A stretch of DNA of 64,000 bases, taken from Rhizaria sp. SCN 62-66 (lineage: Eukaryota). Below, piece after piece: positions 38,283 to 50,729 of this stretch. The translations under genes and the position numbers were made by a program. The notes beneath the pieces were generated by a model. It had not been told where the DNA came from. It saw only the letters and a program-made list of their open reading frames with translations, and did no database searches. Each line of letters begins with the position of its first letter. The stretch's first letter is position 1. The stretch is taken from contig MEDY01000197.1 of NCBI GenBank assembly GCA_001724265.1, positions 1-64,000 on the forward strand. The letters run 5' to 3'.

Positions 38283-38862
38283 ATTAACTGTTTTTATTTC
38301 GAGGAGGAGGCTTGCGAGAGTCGCTTTGGTTACTTAGTAAGATTGCTGTTTTTTGGTCCGATCATATGTTTGAGTGGTAATAAAATAGAACATTCGTTAT
38401 TTATTATTTTCAATTTTTCAAAAAATAACTTTTTGTGGACCACTTGTACTCTGATACTGTGACGAATTGAGATTGTGGGCACGAGTGCCGAAAATAGATT
38501 GGACTGGATATACGGGTGGAAGTGATTTTTACACGTAAATAAACACAGAAATTATAAACAACTAATGTATCGCGGTAAGTATATAAAAAGAGATCACACT
38601 ATTGAACAAAGACTATCGACTAGATATCTCCTATTCTTCATCTTACTCCCTTCCAACGAAACTAAATGTTAGATTGCCCTTGAAAATAAAGACACAATTT
38701 TCAACAATCCCCCTCACTTCATTCAAAATATATTGACTAAAATCCATTAATTAACATATTCTAAAATCAGCTTATCAATCTTAACGCATATGAGCGCAAT
38801 TGTGGTCTCACGTAGCCATGCATAGTGAAACTCACTTTAACACACTTTAAGTAGCACCAGCT

Positions 38863-41800
38863 TCACTTAGCCAGCGCAGCCCACGTCGGCTTCCCCGCGT
38901 TGCCACTGTTGGAGTTGCTGTTAAGCGGCAACGGGGCCGAGATAGACTGGGAAGGGGTCCACGGTGCCGCGGCAGCGTTAGGCACAAAGGGCTTCGCAGC
39001 CGGACTCGGCTTGCACGGGCTCGCTCCCGCACTCGCAGTCAGACTTGCACCAATCACCGCTGCAGCAGTGATGTTGCTGCTGCTGTTGCTGTTGTTGTGA
39101 GTCGCCTTGCTCTCGCCAGAGGACGAGGACGGCGTGAGACTAGTCGCAGGAGAAAGCTGCGGCTGCGAGAGCTTCTGCAGACGTGACGGCGACGCGAGCA
39201 CCGACGCTGCAGTCAACGGCGGCGCATTCACGCCAGAGGAGCTGTTTTCAGTCCCAGATGCAGTCGCAGTCGCTGTTGTTGTGGCGGGGCCACCACCAGA
39301 GGAGAGAGTCGGGAAAGCAGCCGCTGCGCCGCTGTTACTGGTGTGCGCAGCAGTGCTCGGGCGACTAATCACGTTCCCACTCGCCGCGCTCTTAGCATTT
39401 GCCGTGTTGTTGTTCGCGGGATTGTTGCCGCCACTGGCGACAATCTTTGCCCACATGTTGTTCGCAGGGGCAGCCACAGCCGCAGGAGCAGGCGCGGGCG
39501 ATGGGTTCAGACTCACAGCCGTAGTTGTAGTCGCAGCCGCCGTTGCGGGCGCAGGCGCGGCCACCGGGGCGGCCATGGTGACGGGGCCGGGGGCAGCGAG
39601 CGTCTTTGCGTTGCCGTTGACCGCTGCGGGGGCCGCGAAAGTGACCGGCGCCGGCGCTGCCATTTGACGGGCGCCGTTGCTGCTGCCACCACGGGCGCTG
39701 TTGCGCAGCATAGCCGCCGCAGTTGCCGGTCGGGACGCGGACGCAGACGCAGCGGCATCTCCAGCAACCGCAGTCGCAATCGAGGAGGTAGCATTCACTG
39801 CAGGGCTCACGTCACCAGTGCTGGCGTTTGCGGTCTGTTGCTGCGGCTGCTGAGTGTTTTGTGCGTGGTGATCGCCATGGCGACGTGTGTTGTGCTTGAG
39901 ACCAGAACGCTCCATGTGGCCCTCTTTAGCCTGTTCTTTAGCGTGCTCCTTGGCTGCCGCGCGCTCACGGTCATTCCGCTGCTCACGGTCACCACGCTCA
40001 GTGCGCTCACGGTCCCCTCCGCGAGGGTTGCGACCGCCGCCGCCACCGCGTGCAGGAGCAGTGGCGGGCACGGGAGCGCCGACGCCAGCGGCACTTCCGG
40101 CGGCGGCCACAGGGCCAGTGACCGGGCCAGTGACCGGGCCGGTGACAGTGAGCACAGGCGGCGGCGGGAGACGGGGGCCGCGGCCACCGCGCACCACAGT
40201 CGCCGGCTTGACATTGATATTAGCCGCATCTGTAGCAGCATCAGCTGCCACAGCGCTCAGTTGTGACTGACGGGGTTGACGCTGCCCCTGCTGCTGTTGC
40301 TGCTGGTTCCTGTTGTTGTTGTTGCTCCCACCGTTGGTACTGTTAGCGGCGGTTGCATTTCTGCCACCAGAAGAGTTACGGTTCGTACTAGCAGCAGAAG
40401 TCACAGACGCAGTTGTCGCAGCGGCGGCGACGACGACGGGGAGCGCGATCGACGCCGCAAACGCCGCCGCCTCAGCCTTGGCCGCAAGCTTCGCTTCTTG
40501 CTTGGCTGCGTTCTTCGCTGCCTTTGCCGCCGCCGCCACCTTCTTGCGTTCCTCTTCCTCGGCCTTGAGCCGCTCGCGCTCGAGCTCTTGCGCAACCAGC
40601 GCGGCAGCGGCCTTGCGCTCGCGGGCCAACCGGGCCTGGATCTGCTGCTTAGACTCGCGCTCACCCTCGGGCTCAGCCGCCGCGGACCACGTCAGCGTGC
40701 CGTTGGTCGTCCGGCCGGATGGCTGGTAGCCGCTCCCCGCCCCGTTACTATGGCTGCCGCCAAGGGAGAACCCCAGCACGGCGTCGGGCCCCGCAGAGGA
40801 CGGGAAAGCGGTCGAGAGCAAGGCAGGTGAGTCGCCGCAGAAGGAGAACCCGGGGAATAGAGTGCAGTTGAGTGCTGGAGACGCCAGACCGTTGTCGTGC
40901 GCAGTTGCGGCCTTGTTGGCCGCGGTCACCGTGCCGTTGGTGGCAGGACGCGGCATGGCAACGGCGCCGGCAGTGTCTTTCTTGTCGGCGGAGGAGTAGC
41001 GCTGGAATACACCGCCTTTGTTGCGCCGCGAACCCATTGCATCACTAGCAGCAGGAGCGGCGGTCTTCTTGGTGCCAGCCTCAGGGTTGTTGTTAGGAGC
41101 GTCGGCGCCGTCGTTGAGAGCGACCTTGGGCATCATGGGCTCCTCGGGCGACGGCGCCGGGTCCGACGACGGGGACGACACCGGCGAGTCCACAGGGGGT
41201 TCCGCAGTGAAACGTGGGTCAAACAGCGAAACGTCGTCGACAGCGGAGAGAGGAGGCACGAAGGGCGGCGCAACCTCACGGCGGGCGAGAGCGGCCCAGT
41301 CGATTGAGGCGAAGAACTTGTGCTCTTTGATCTGCTGCACGGTGAGGCGCGCAGTCTGTCAAGGAAACAAATGAGGGAGATAAGAGAGAAAAATGAGTAT
41401 TTTAGAATAAACAACAACATATGACATAGTAGCAGAAAAATAAAGCGTGAATTAAAGTCAAGTCCCAGATTTGAGTGCATATGATGCCCACTAGGAGAAA
41501 GATCTTGTTCTAAAGTATGAGCGAGCACGTACCTGGTCGCGAGTGAGCAGCCCCTTCATAAGTGAAATACACTCCGGTGTTAGCGTACGCGGGTAGTTGA
41601 TCTGCTTATTCAAAATCTGCTCCTGAATCTCGGCCCGATTCTCCCCCGCAAACGCCGTGCGCGTGGTCAGCATCTCGTGCAGCAGGCAGCCGAGAGTCCA
41701 CCAGTCCGCGGGCTTGCTGTGGGCCTTACGCAGCACGATCTCGGGCGCGAGGTAATGCAGCGAGCCGCAAAAGGAGAGATTCTCCTGTGACTCAGCGTGT

Positions 41801-42847
41801 TGCTTCGCAAAGCCGAAGTCCGTCAACACGGCGTGACCGGCGGCGTCGAACAGCACGTTCTCCGGCTTCAAGTCACGGTATAGGATGTTGCGCTCGTGGA
41901 GGTATTCCAGCGCGAGAACGACCTGCGCGGCGTAGAACCGTGCCTGGCGCTCCGTAAACGCGCCCTCACGCTCGAGTAGGGTAAACAGCTCGCCACCGGG
42001 CACGTAATTCATGAGTAAGTAGAGCTTGTGCTCGGTCTGGAACGCGTATCGCATCCGCACGATGTACGGGTGATCGAGTCCCGAAAGCACGTTACGCTCG
42101 ATGCGAACGTTATCGACAACGTTGCGCTCAATGAGCTCCTTCTTGCGCATAACTTTCATCGCTAGCACGTCGTTGGCGCGCGCGCGGGCCGAATGCGCTG
42201 CGATCGTCGCCGCGGTAGGCACGCGGCGCACGAGGAAGACTTTGCCGTAGGCGCCACGGCCGAGGACTTTGAGGAGCTCGAAGTCGGCAACGGTCTTGAC
42301 GCGCTTGACCGAGGCCTGGGGCGTGTCCAGCAACGGCGGCTGCAGCGCGGCGGGCAGCGGCAGGGGCACGACGACCGACGCCGAGGCCGCATCGCCGCTG
42401 CGGCCACTGCTGTTGCTGTTGCGCGCTGCAGTGCGGGTGGCGGCAGGGAGGTGGATGCCAGCGTTGGAGTCAGCGAAGCCGGCGGCGCGGGTCAGCGCGG
42501 CCATCGCGGCGGTGACGGGCGCGGCCGTGGAAAGGTCGGCGTCGTCGGCTAAGAGCGAGAGATAGCGCGCGGGAGCGAGAGACAGTACGGAGGGGAAGGA
42601 GGTGCGGAGCGCCGAAAATGTGAGTTCAGGTGTTCATATAGCACACAATATTGCGTTAAACAGTGCGGGGGTTGCGCATTATTGTAAAAATATGCGTGGT
42701 GAAAGGGGAATATATCGTACCAGGCGTAGGCGCATCGAGGTCGATGGGCAGCGCGGCGTAGGACAACATGCGCACACGGCCTGCCGTGACCGTCACCGCG
42801 TCAACGGGAAGGATCGGCAACGCAGCGTCTGCGACGTCGGAAGACAT
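38863..42847 (-). CDS. AGC-family Ser/Thr kinase, ribosomal protein S6 kinase-like, with a very long low-complexity C-terminal tail; about 1211 aa
   Basis: Exons 42847-42721, 42548-41533 and 41355-38863; donors GTACGA and GTACGT. Motifs: LGRGAYGKV, AMKVM, YRDLKPEN, DFG, SFCGSLHYLAPE, turn motif FTAEPPVDSP, hydrophobic motif FPGFSF. Stop TGA. The first-exon start is less certain. Confidence 0.9.
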
Positions 42848-43544
42848 CTGCGGCAGCGCTGTAAGGGGCGAGAGGAAAGTGGGCAAAGCAGGAAAGGGCC
42901 ATTAGACTTAGAGGAGCAGAATGCGATTGAGCGAAGGCTCGTAAACAGAAGAGGGACTTGCGCGTTGACGTCACTTCTTGTTTGTGCACATCTTTTGACA
43001 GCATTACCATGCCAGAGATATATTATTTTGTTGACGCACAAATATTTCAAGCCGTTTTAGCAACAGATCCAGTGTTGGTTTTTCTATCGACGGTCGTCTC
43101 ATATCGCTCACAAGTGTTGTTTAAAACTTGCAAACAGGGTCGCATTGTTGCAATGTGGGTGGTGGCCACCGTTTTGCCTTCTTGCAATTGTAACGCGCCC
43201 GTAGGTACATAGATGAGCCACAATGCGCATCGGATAAAGTGACAACTATGAACCAACGCACTTTAGAGCACTGCACACAATGTTGACAACTTGGACGCTT
43301 ATATGGGCTATATCAGGGCGAGCCGAAGGAGACGCCAGTCACAGTGGACTGGAGGGTCTTGAGCGCGACCCGACCACGAACAAAAATCAGCTGGTTAAAA
43401 CCAGTCGAGATATGTCGCCCTTCATCGTTAAACTGACTTTAAACTAGTGCGCACACCAGAACAGCTCTCATTGTAATCGAATTTCAAATATAATACTTTG
43501 CAGTTAGAGTTTAGCAGAGCTGAACTGCGTTTCCCGTCGCCAGA

Positions 43545-46500
43545 ATGCCACTTACAAATTCAGGCAGTAAGAAGCGTACGGCTCCGTCCTCGGCACCGGC
43601 TTCCACAATTTCACTTCCTTCCGCGTCAAGTGTGTTACACGCCCCGCGTGGTGTTGCTCCCGCCCAGGCGGTTCGCCACGCTCTGCGCGATGTTTACCTC
43701 TCCCAGGCCTTCGTGCCCGCCGCTGCCGCCGATTTTGCATTCCCGCTGACCGACACCGCGCAACTGCGCCGTGCGGCCGCTACTCTCGCTGCACAGCGCC
43801 GTGAGCTTGCTCGCGCACGCCCGCCTCGTGGTTGGGAGCGCGGCGCCGATGAGGCCTCCGACAGCGAAGATATGGGCGCGTTCGAGTCCGGCGCCGCCGC
43901 GCAAAACAAGGACGGCGACAGTGACGACGATAGCGAGGAGGAGGATGAGGACGAAGACGAGGATGAAGATGAGGATGGTGACGATGATGAGGGCAAAAAC
44001 AATGGCGACGAGGATAACTCTGTTACGTTGGTGTCGCCCGCAATCGCGGCTATTCCCGGCTACCCGCACTGGTATGCCCAAGCGTTCTACACCCCTGCCA
44101 AGCACTTGAACACTGACAGCAACAACGCAGCGACGGCGAACGCTCGCAAGTACGCACGCGACGCTGTGTACGCACTGCTGAGCGCTGTCTCAGTTGCATA
44201 CAGTCCTGATGTGCTCAATCCCCCGCTTTCGCACTTTGCTCTCGCGCCCACAGTCACTCCTGCGGTCACTGCGGATCCCGCATCTGCGTCTGCGTCAGCG
44301 TCTGCGTCAGCGACGGATAGCGCTGCACCTCGCCGGTCCGCGCGCGCTCGTTCCGCGTCGACCGTCACGAGTGTCATCGGTTCCGGCGCGAGCGCTGCAG
44401 CGATGCGCGCCGCCGTCGCAGCATGTACCGACGTCGTCTCACTCACCGCAATGCTCACTGCACATTCTCGCGCTCTCGCAACGACTACTGCACACGTTTC
44501 CGTTGCAAAGGACGATGAGCCCCGTGTGATCATGACAGCTGGTAAGTGCAACGTGACTGTGGGCGCGGACACCCGCCGCGCGCTGTTTGCACTGCTACCA
44601 CGTGTTACCACCGCACTCGCGGCGGCCTGTGCTCACGCTTGCGGTCTCGTCGCATCTACAACCACTGCAGTTGCTAAAGGCACGACTGTGAGCTCGTTCG
44701 GTAGCGTTGACCTCCAGATTGGTTCTTCTCTTCCACAGGACTCTAGCGATGATCACAATAACAGTGACCGTGAGCAGTCAGGCGACGCTATGCGCGTGCC
44801 AGACGGTTTGAGCGCTGCCGTGTCGTCCGAGGGCGAAGCGTTGGCGACGCTGTGGAGCGAGGGCGCGCGTGCACAGGGCGCGGGGCATATGCTGTGGTCA
44901 GGCGCCGAGGGCCGCTGTCGCCTCGCCGCGCCCACTGACACTGCCGGCGCATGGGGCTCGACTGCAAGCAAGAAGAATCACAGCAAGAACATTGTCAAGA
45001 GCAAGAGTATTGCTAGTGCAGCTGCAAATGACTGTGAGCAGAGTGACTGTGAGCGGGCTGCCGCTGCGCTGACGGCGTGGGTCAATAGCGCAGCGGAGGC
45101 TGTTGAGGCAGCCGGCGGTATCACGATTGTGAACACAACTACCACCAACGACGATGATGACGAAGATGAAGGGGAAGATGAGGATGAGGACGAGGATGAT
45201 GCTGAGGAGGAGCAAGATGGTGATGACGACGATTGGCGGCTTACTCTCGAATTCTCGCTCCCTTGCCCGCCTGAGCTTCCAGCACCGGCAGATCTGCTGC
45301 CGCCACAGCTCGTTTTTGCTGGCATCGAGCGCCGCAGCACACGCCACGGGCCCGGCGCCGCGGCGACACCGGACGGTGCGCTCTGTTCCGGCACGTGGAT
45401 CGACGGCACTTTTGCCGGTACAGGTACGATTCATTCTATATATCATCGCAAATATGTTCAAAATGTATCGACACCAGTTATTGTATCTTAAAACATTGTA
45501 AGACACATTGTTCGCCTTCATTTGCCTCACAGACCCGTGGATTCACTTACTTCAATGCAATTTGATTTTTCGAAGACAACGCGTGGCACTACGATGCGCG
45601 CGACCCCGCTGCTGGCTTATTGCGCGGCCTTTTCCGCGGTGGCGTTCCTGTTCACGCGCGCTTCCACGCTTACGTCCGCACGTCCGCTGAGCGCGCTCGC
45701 ATTGCAGCGGCCGCAGCGGAGGCCCGGGCTATGGCTGAGCAAGCCGGTGAGCTCTCAGGCCATATCGACAGCAACATTGCCGCCAATCAAACCGATGAGA
45801 GCCACAACAAGCGTAGTCGCCCTGCAGATGCCGAGTCTGCGAAGGCCGCGACGGATACTACTGCTGTTGGCTGCTCTGGCGCTGCTGCGACGGTCGACGC
45901 TGACGCCGGAACTGTCGCGCTGCCTCTTTCCCTGTTGCCTGAATTACCTTCTGTCACTGCTGTGGCTGACAATGAGGAGACGACTACTGTGGCCGAGGCT
46001 GTGGCCACGCTTGCACAGCGCCCCCCGATTGCGTATGACCCCGCCACGGGCTCCCGCATCTCCCGCACGCCCTTGATCGTACGTTTCTACACACTTTTCT
46101 CTTTGTCAGTCAACGACGAGAAGCTTGCGCACATCCCATCATTTTGGTCTGGTTTCATTTTGTCACATTGAGTTTTAATATTTCCGTACATTTTCTTAAT
46201 GTAAGCAATATTTACTGAATTCGCCCCCGTTATGCTTTGCTTTATTATTTTTTCTAGCCCGATTTGTGGGAATCTTCCCGTGTGCGCCCCGGCGTCTCGT
46301 GCATCCCCAACTCCGGCGAGGGCCTTTTCGCCCTCTGCGCGCTGCCCCGCGGGTCTCTTGTCTCGTTTTATAACGGCACGCGCCCGCTTGCGGCCGCCGT
46401 TGACCGCCGGCCCTGGTCACTCAACGGCAACGCCATCACCGTTGTCGACGAAGAAGCCACGTGCATCGACGTGCCAGAGCCGTGGGACGTCACAGCGCGA

Positions 46501-46962
46501 TACTGTGCGTCTCTATCACACAAGGCGAACCACACTTTCCGCCGCTCAGGCCCCAGCGCCGGGTTCGAGCTCCTCGTCCACCCGCGCTTCGGCAAGCTCA
46601 AGGCCATGCGTTTGCTGCGCGATGTCGCCGAGGGCGAGGAGATTATGGTCGACTATGGGTACCCGCGGACGGGCCGCAGCGGGCCTGACTGGTTCAAGCA
46701 GGGCGTGCGCGACCTTCGCGACGGCAAAGACGCTGCGGGTGGCGAAGTTCCCGTGCTGAGCTCAGTTGCGTCGGCGGCTGGTGCTGACAGCGCAGGTTCT
46801 GACTCTGTTTTGCAGGAGCCGGACGCGGAGGAAGGCGCGGACGCGTCGGTTGATTTGCGCGCGGTGCCCTGGGCAACGCTACCGGCCGCAGCCAGGGCGG
46901 CGCTGCGCGCGTTTGGCGTGGCTGGCGCCGGGCCTGCCGCTGCGGCCGCTGTGTCTAAATGA
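43545..46962 (+). CDS. SETD7 (SET7/9)-like lysine methyltransferase with an expanded acidic/low-complexity N-terminus; about 1028 aa
   Basis: Exons 43545-45423, 45576-46078 and 46258-46962; donors GTACGA and GTACGT, phases consistent. The SET domain closely follows remembered SETD7: PDLWESSRV..SGEGLF..VSFYNG..WSLNGN..IDVPEPW..YCASLSHKANHTF..VHPRFG..GEEIMVDYGY. A MORN-like remnant lies upstream. Stop TGA. Confidence 0.88.
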
Positions 46963-47479
46963 GACTGCGACTGCCACAATGACTATGGGACTTAGCTATG
47001 AAGGCCAGGATCGGTGCACTTGCGTACTGGACAGCATATTTACTTGTTTATTCAATCGGTCAAATACATATCGTATGCTTATTTCCTTTGGTCGCATCAT
47101 CACATCTATTCGGCTGAACGATTTCTTTCGCTCTTTGTTACGCGACCAATGAAACAATAACACGTCTATTACATGAGATTGACTGGTGCGTGAAATAAGG
47201 GTTTGGGAATTTTTTAATGTTTTTATTACGAAATTATTTTGATTTTGCGATGTCAGGCATTTCCGAGAGCAACTGCTGAGCTTGTTTACACATCGCTTCT
47301 TTTCTTTTCTTATTCAAGCTTTATCATACTTCAAATAATAACACAACTAGTAGTATCCGTTTCTCTAAGACTAAACAAAACAACAGGCGATTCACATCAA
47401 ATCAACCACACACACCATGCTTAGAGTGCTATAATGCAGTGGCTTTTGCAAGCGAGCGAGCGCAAGAGAAAGATAACGC

Positions 47480-48682
47480 TTAATCGCTCTCGTCGAGAGT
47501 GACGTGACCCTTGCGGCCGCGCTTGACCGCAGCGGCCGCAGCGGGCGCCACCAGCGCAGCGGGCTTAACGCCGCCACGGGCAGCGCGCGCGCGCTCGGCA
47601 AAGGACATCTTGGGCGGAGGGCAGGCCTGCGGCTTGTCATCCTCCTCCTCTTCTTCCTCCTCCTCGTCGTCGTCGCCAGAGAGCTCCTGAACACTGTCTT
47701 CATCATCATCGTCTTCGTCGCTGCCGGGCGCGACGCGCTTCTTGGCACGGAGCTTCTCACGCGCAGCGCCCTCAAGCTCGTACTCGTACTCGACCTCACG
47801 CTGGAGCTCGCTCTCGTCATCCTCGTCCTCCTCGGCATCCTCGTCGTCGTCGTACGCCTCGACGAAGTTGCCACCGAGGGCGTCGATGTCCTCGTCCTTG
47901 TCCAGGTCCTCCAGGTCGCCAACCGCGGAGTCGAACTCGCGCTGCGGGAAGTTGACGATGTCGTCGTAGAGGTCGCCGTACGTGCCGGACTTAAGGCGCT
48001 CGAGCAGCTCGTGCTTGATCGAGTCCTGGAGGTTGGCCGCGGTGTGCGCCTTCTGCTCGCGGCGCAGGTCGCGGCGCTCGAGCGTCTTGTTGACGGGCAC
48101 GAGCTCGAGGCGCAGCTGCGAGCGCATGCGGCGCATGCGGAGCAGGTACTGGTGGATGCGCAGAAGACGCTTCTTGGAGAGGGAGACGAGGTGCTCGGGC
48201 CAGTAGGCGAGGTGGCGGTCGATCTGCTCAACGGCCTTAAGGAGGTTCGGGTGCAGCTTCACGCGCTCCCACAGGTCACGGGGCGTGTGCGCGCGCTCAG
48301 CAGTCTTCATGTACAGGTATACCTGGCCTGTCAGAGCGCAGTGAGTGAAGAGTAGGAAGATCGGAGAGACGGAGCGGTGTGAGCGGAGGGTGCATAGCAA
48401 ACAAGGAAGAACAGCTATTCACAGGGAATGACTATGTTCACAGAGAACAATACCGTGTAAGGTTTATATGAATATTGATGCGCAGTGGATGCAGTGTGAG
48501 GGGGACGTACCTTGCTCCTCCTGAATGGTGCAGTACTTGGCGTTGGCCAGCGGGCAGGAACGGCGGTTGCAGATACCATTGAGGTTGTACTTGTTACGGC
48601 AGAACTTCTGCGTGCGGGTCTTGACCTTGAACGAGCAGAAACCCAGGTTAATGGTGTTCCAGATGATGGCGTCGGACTGCAT
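47480..48682 (-). CDS. MAK16: MAK16 ribosome biogenesis protein, about 339 aa
   Basis: Exons 48682-48511 and 48327-47480; intron GTACGT...CAG. Motifs: [63 protein letters not shown], acidic tail with EVEYEYE. Stop TAA. Confidence 0.96.
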
Positions 48683-49225
48683 GGTGTTGACTGAGGCTTA
48701 TGCAGCGCCGCGGGCGTGCACTCGGACACAGAGCGAGAGAGAGGGCGAAAGGGGCGGGAGCGAAGCGGGTACAACACACGGTCTGTGGGTCTGCGCTCAA
48801 AATGAATTAATCAACCACGTCACTGGTAGAATGTACAAGTGGGTGGAGAAAGGGTTGATCCGTCTTACGAACAGTTCAGCGGGAATTTGAACCTTTGCGG
48901 AAACTCAACACCCGCGCAGCCCAACCTCCCCGAGCTTTTTCGCGAACCGGACAGCTTTTCGAGAATGCCTCCCGCTCGCTGTCGGCCGCCTAGCCGTTCG
49001 CACATACAGATTGTTCCCATCTACAGCACCCATTTGTCCGTCAATGAACATATGGGTAACATTTCTATAGGGTTTAGCTCGATTTATCTTTGTTTTTAAA
49101 CGCATGCATGCTATGATGTTGTTATTCTCGCACTATCGCCGTCTTTATTCGCTCGTCCTCACCGTTCACTTCTTCTCTTGCTCCCACCACTTCCCCACGC
49201 CCCCCAGGTTGCCTTCTCCTCTCCC

Positions 49226-49719
49226 ATGGCTCACCTGCTCAAGTCCACGCTTGTCTACGCGGGTAAGGTCTTTGGTGCCGCCTTCCGCACCGCCTACAAC
49301 AACGTTGCTCATGGTCCGTCGTCCTTTTATATCGGCTGAACACCATCTCTTGCACTCTCATCCTTTATCAGAATGTTCTCGGTTGCTTTAACTCACTCTC
49401 GCTCACTCTTATCACTTCATTTGCTAATCTTTGCTCTCTGCGATGTGTTTCTGTAGGCGGCATGGCGTCCAGCGCCGTCGCGGGCGTGCAGAAGCGTCTC
49501 CCACTTGACGAGGCGCGTCAGATCCTCGACGTCCCCGCCGACGTCAAGCCCGACGAAATGTACGAAAAGTACAAGAAGCTCTACGAGGCCAACGCGGTCG
49601 AGAAGGGCGGGTCGTTCTACCTCCAGTCGAAGATCTACCGCGCCAAGGAGAGCTTTGAGAACGAGTGGGCTGCCAAGAGCGGACGGCTCGGCGGCGCTGG
49701 CAAGAAGGTCAACCAGTAA
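49226..49719 (+). CDS. PAM16: Mitochondrial import motor J-like protein Pam16/Tim16, about 116 aa
   Basis: Exons 49226-49313 and 49457-49719; intron GTCCGT...TAG, phase 1. Motifs: N-terminal GKVFGAAFRTAY, LDEARQILDV, GGSFYLQSKIYRAKE. Stop TAA. Confidence 0.93.
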
Positions 49720-50729
49720 ACTGCATCGTTAAGTTAACGTGCCGTGTTACTTATGACCTCGTGCTTTCGCTCGCTTGACTTTAACCCACATTCTCATGGT
49801 CTCATGACTTGCTTGACGTTGTGGGACAGTTTGTTTGCGTTTAGTAGTGTCTGAAATATGCAATATTGACGTGTTTCGCTCCTTCACTGCAATATATTCA
49901 CTTGCACAGGCGCACGCCTGAGGCACTCACGTGTGTTTGCGATCTATGCGCAATGCAAGTCGAATCTGTTGGCATGCGCACTTATGCGTGTGACCCGCGA
50001 TGCTGTTGTCTGTCGCTGCCACGATGCGTTTTATGTTGCAGTCAAGCACACACGAGCAACACGCTTCCTGTCACGGCCATAGTCACAGTCAGACAGACGT
50101 CGCCGCGCCCGGCACTCCACCACCCAGCTGTCATATGCGTGCTGCATGTGGTGGTCGACACATGAGCACACAGTCAGGCACTTTGCACTGGCTCTCAGCT
50201 CGTTTTAATCTCGTTACCTAGCGCTTCCTTTGCGAAGGAGGCATGTTTTACTCTATTATCTATTTCGGTGCCTAATGGGACCAGTTCAGTGTCTAAGCTT
50301 GACAAATACACAAAACTCCACTTGTAATTCCAGATATGCCCAGCGTTGTACCATTGATGTTTGTTTGGCTCGTTATATCTATGACGTAGGTTGGCAAATG
50401 ACACTGCTTGCGTGGCAACCACAAAACGCAGGAACTTTTTTGTGTGAAGATGCCACATGAAATCTAAAGGAGACTCAACTTTGCCCATATTCCGCGCAGA
50501 AGACCGTCACTCGACATGTGAGTAAAACTTTGAATTAAAACGCATAGATATCTGAACTATTTGTAAATCACATAATCAAAAAAACTCTTATCTCGCTCTT
50601 GCACGACCTTCGTAGGTTCGACTGCGTCATACTTGGCAGTCATTTCCCACTCCCCTTTCCCCCGCGCGCTTCCCCCCGTTCCCCGAGCCCCGTTTTTATT
50701 CCCGCGCGCCCCCTGCGCTCCTCCGAGCC

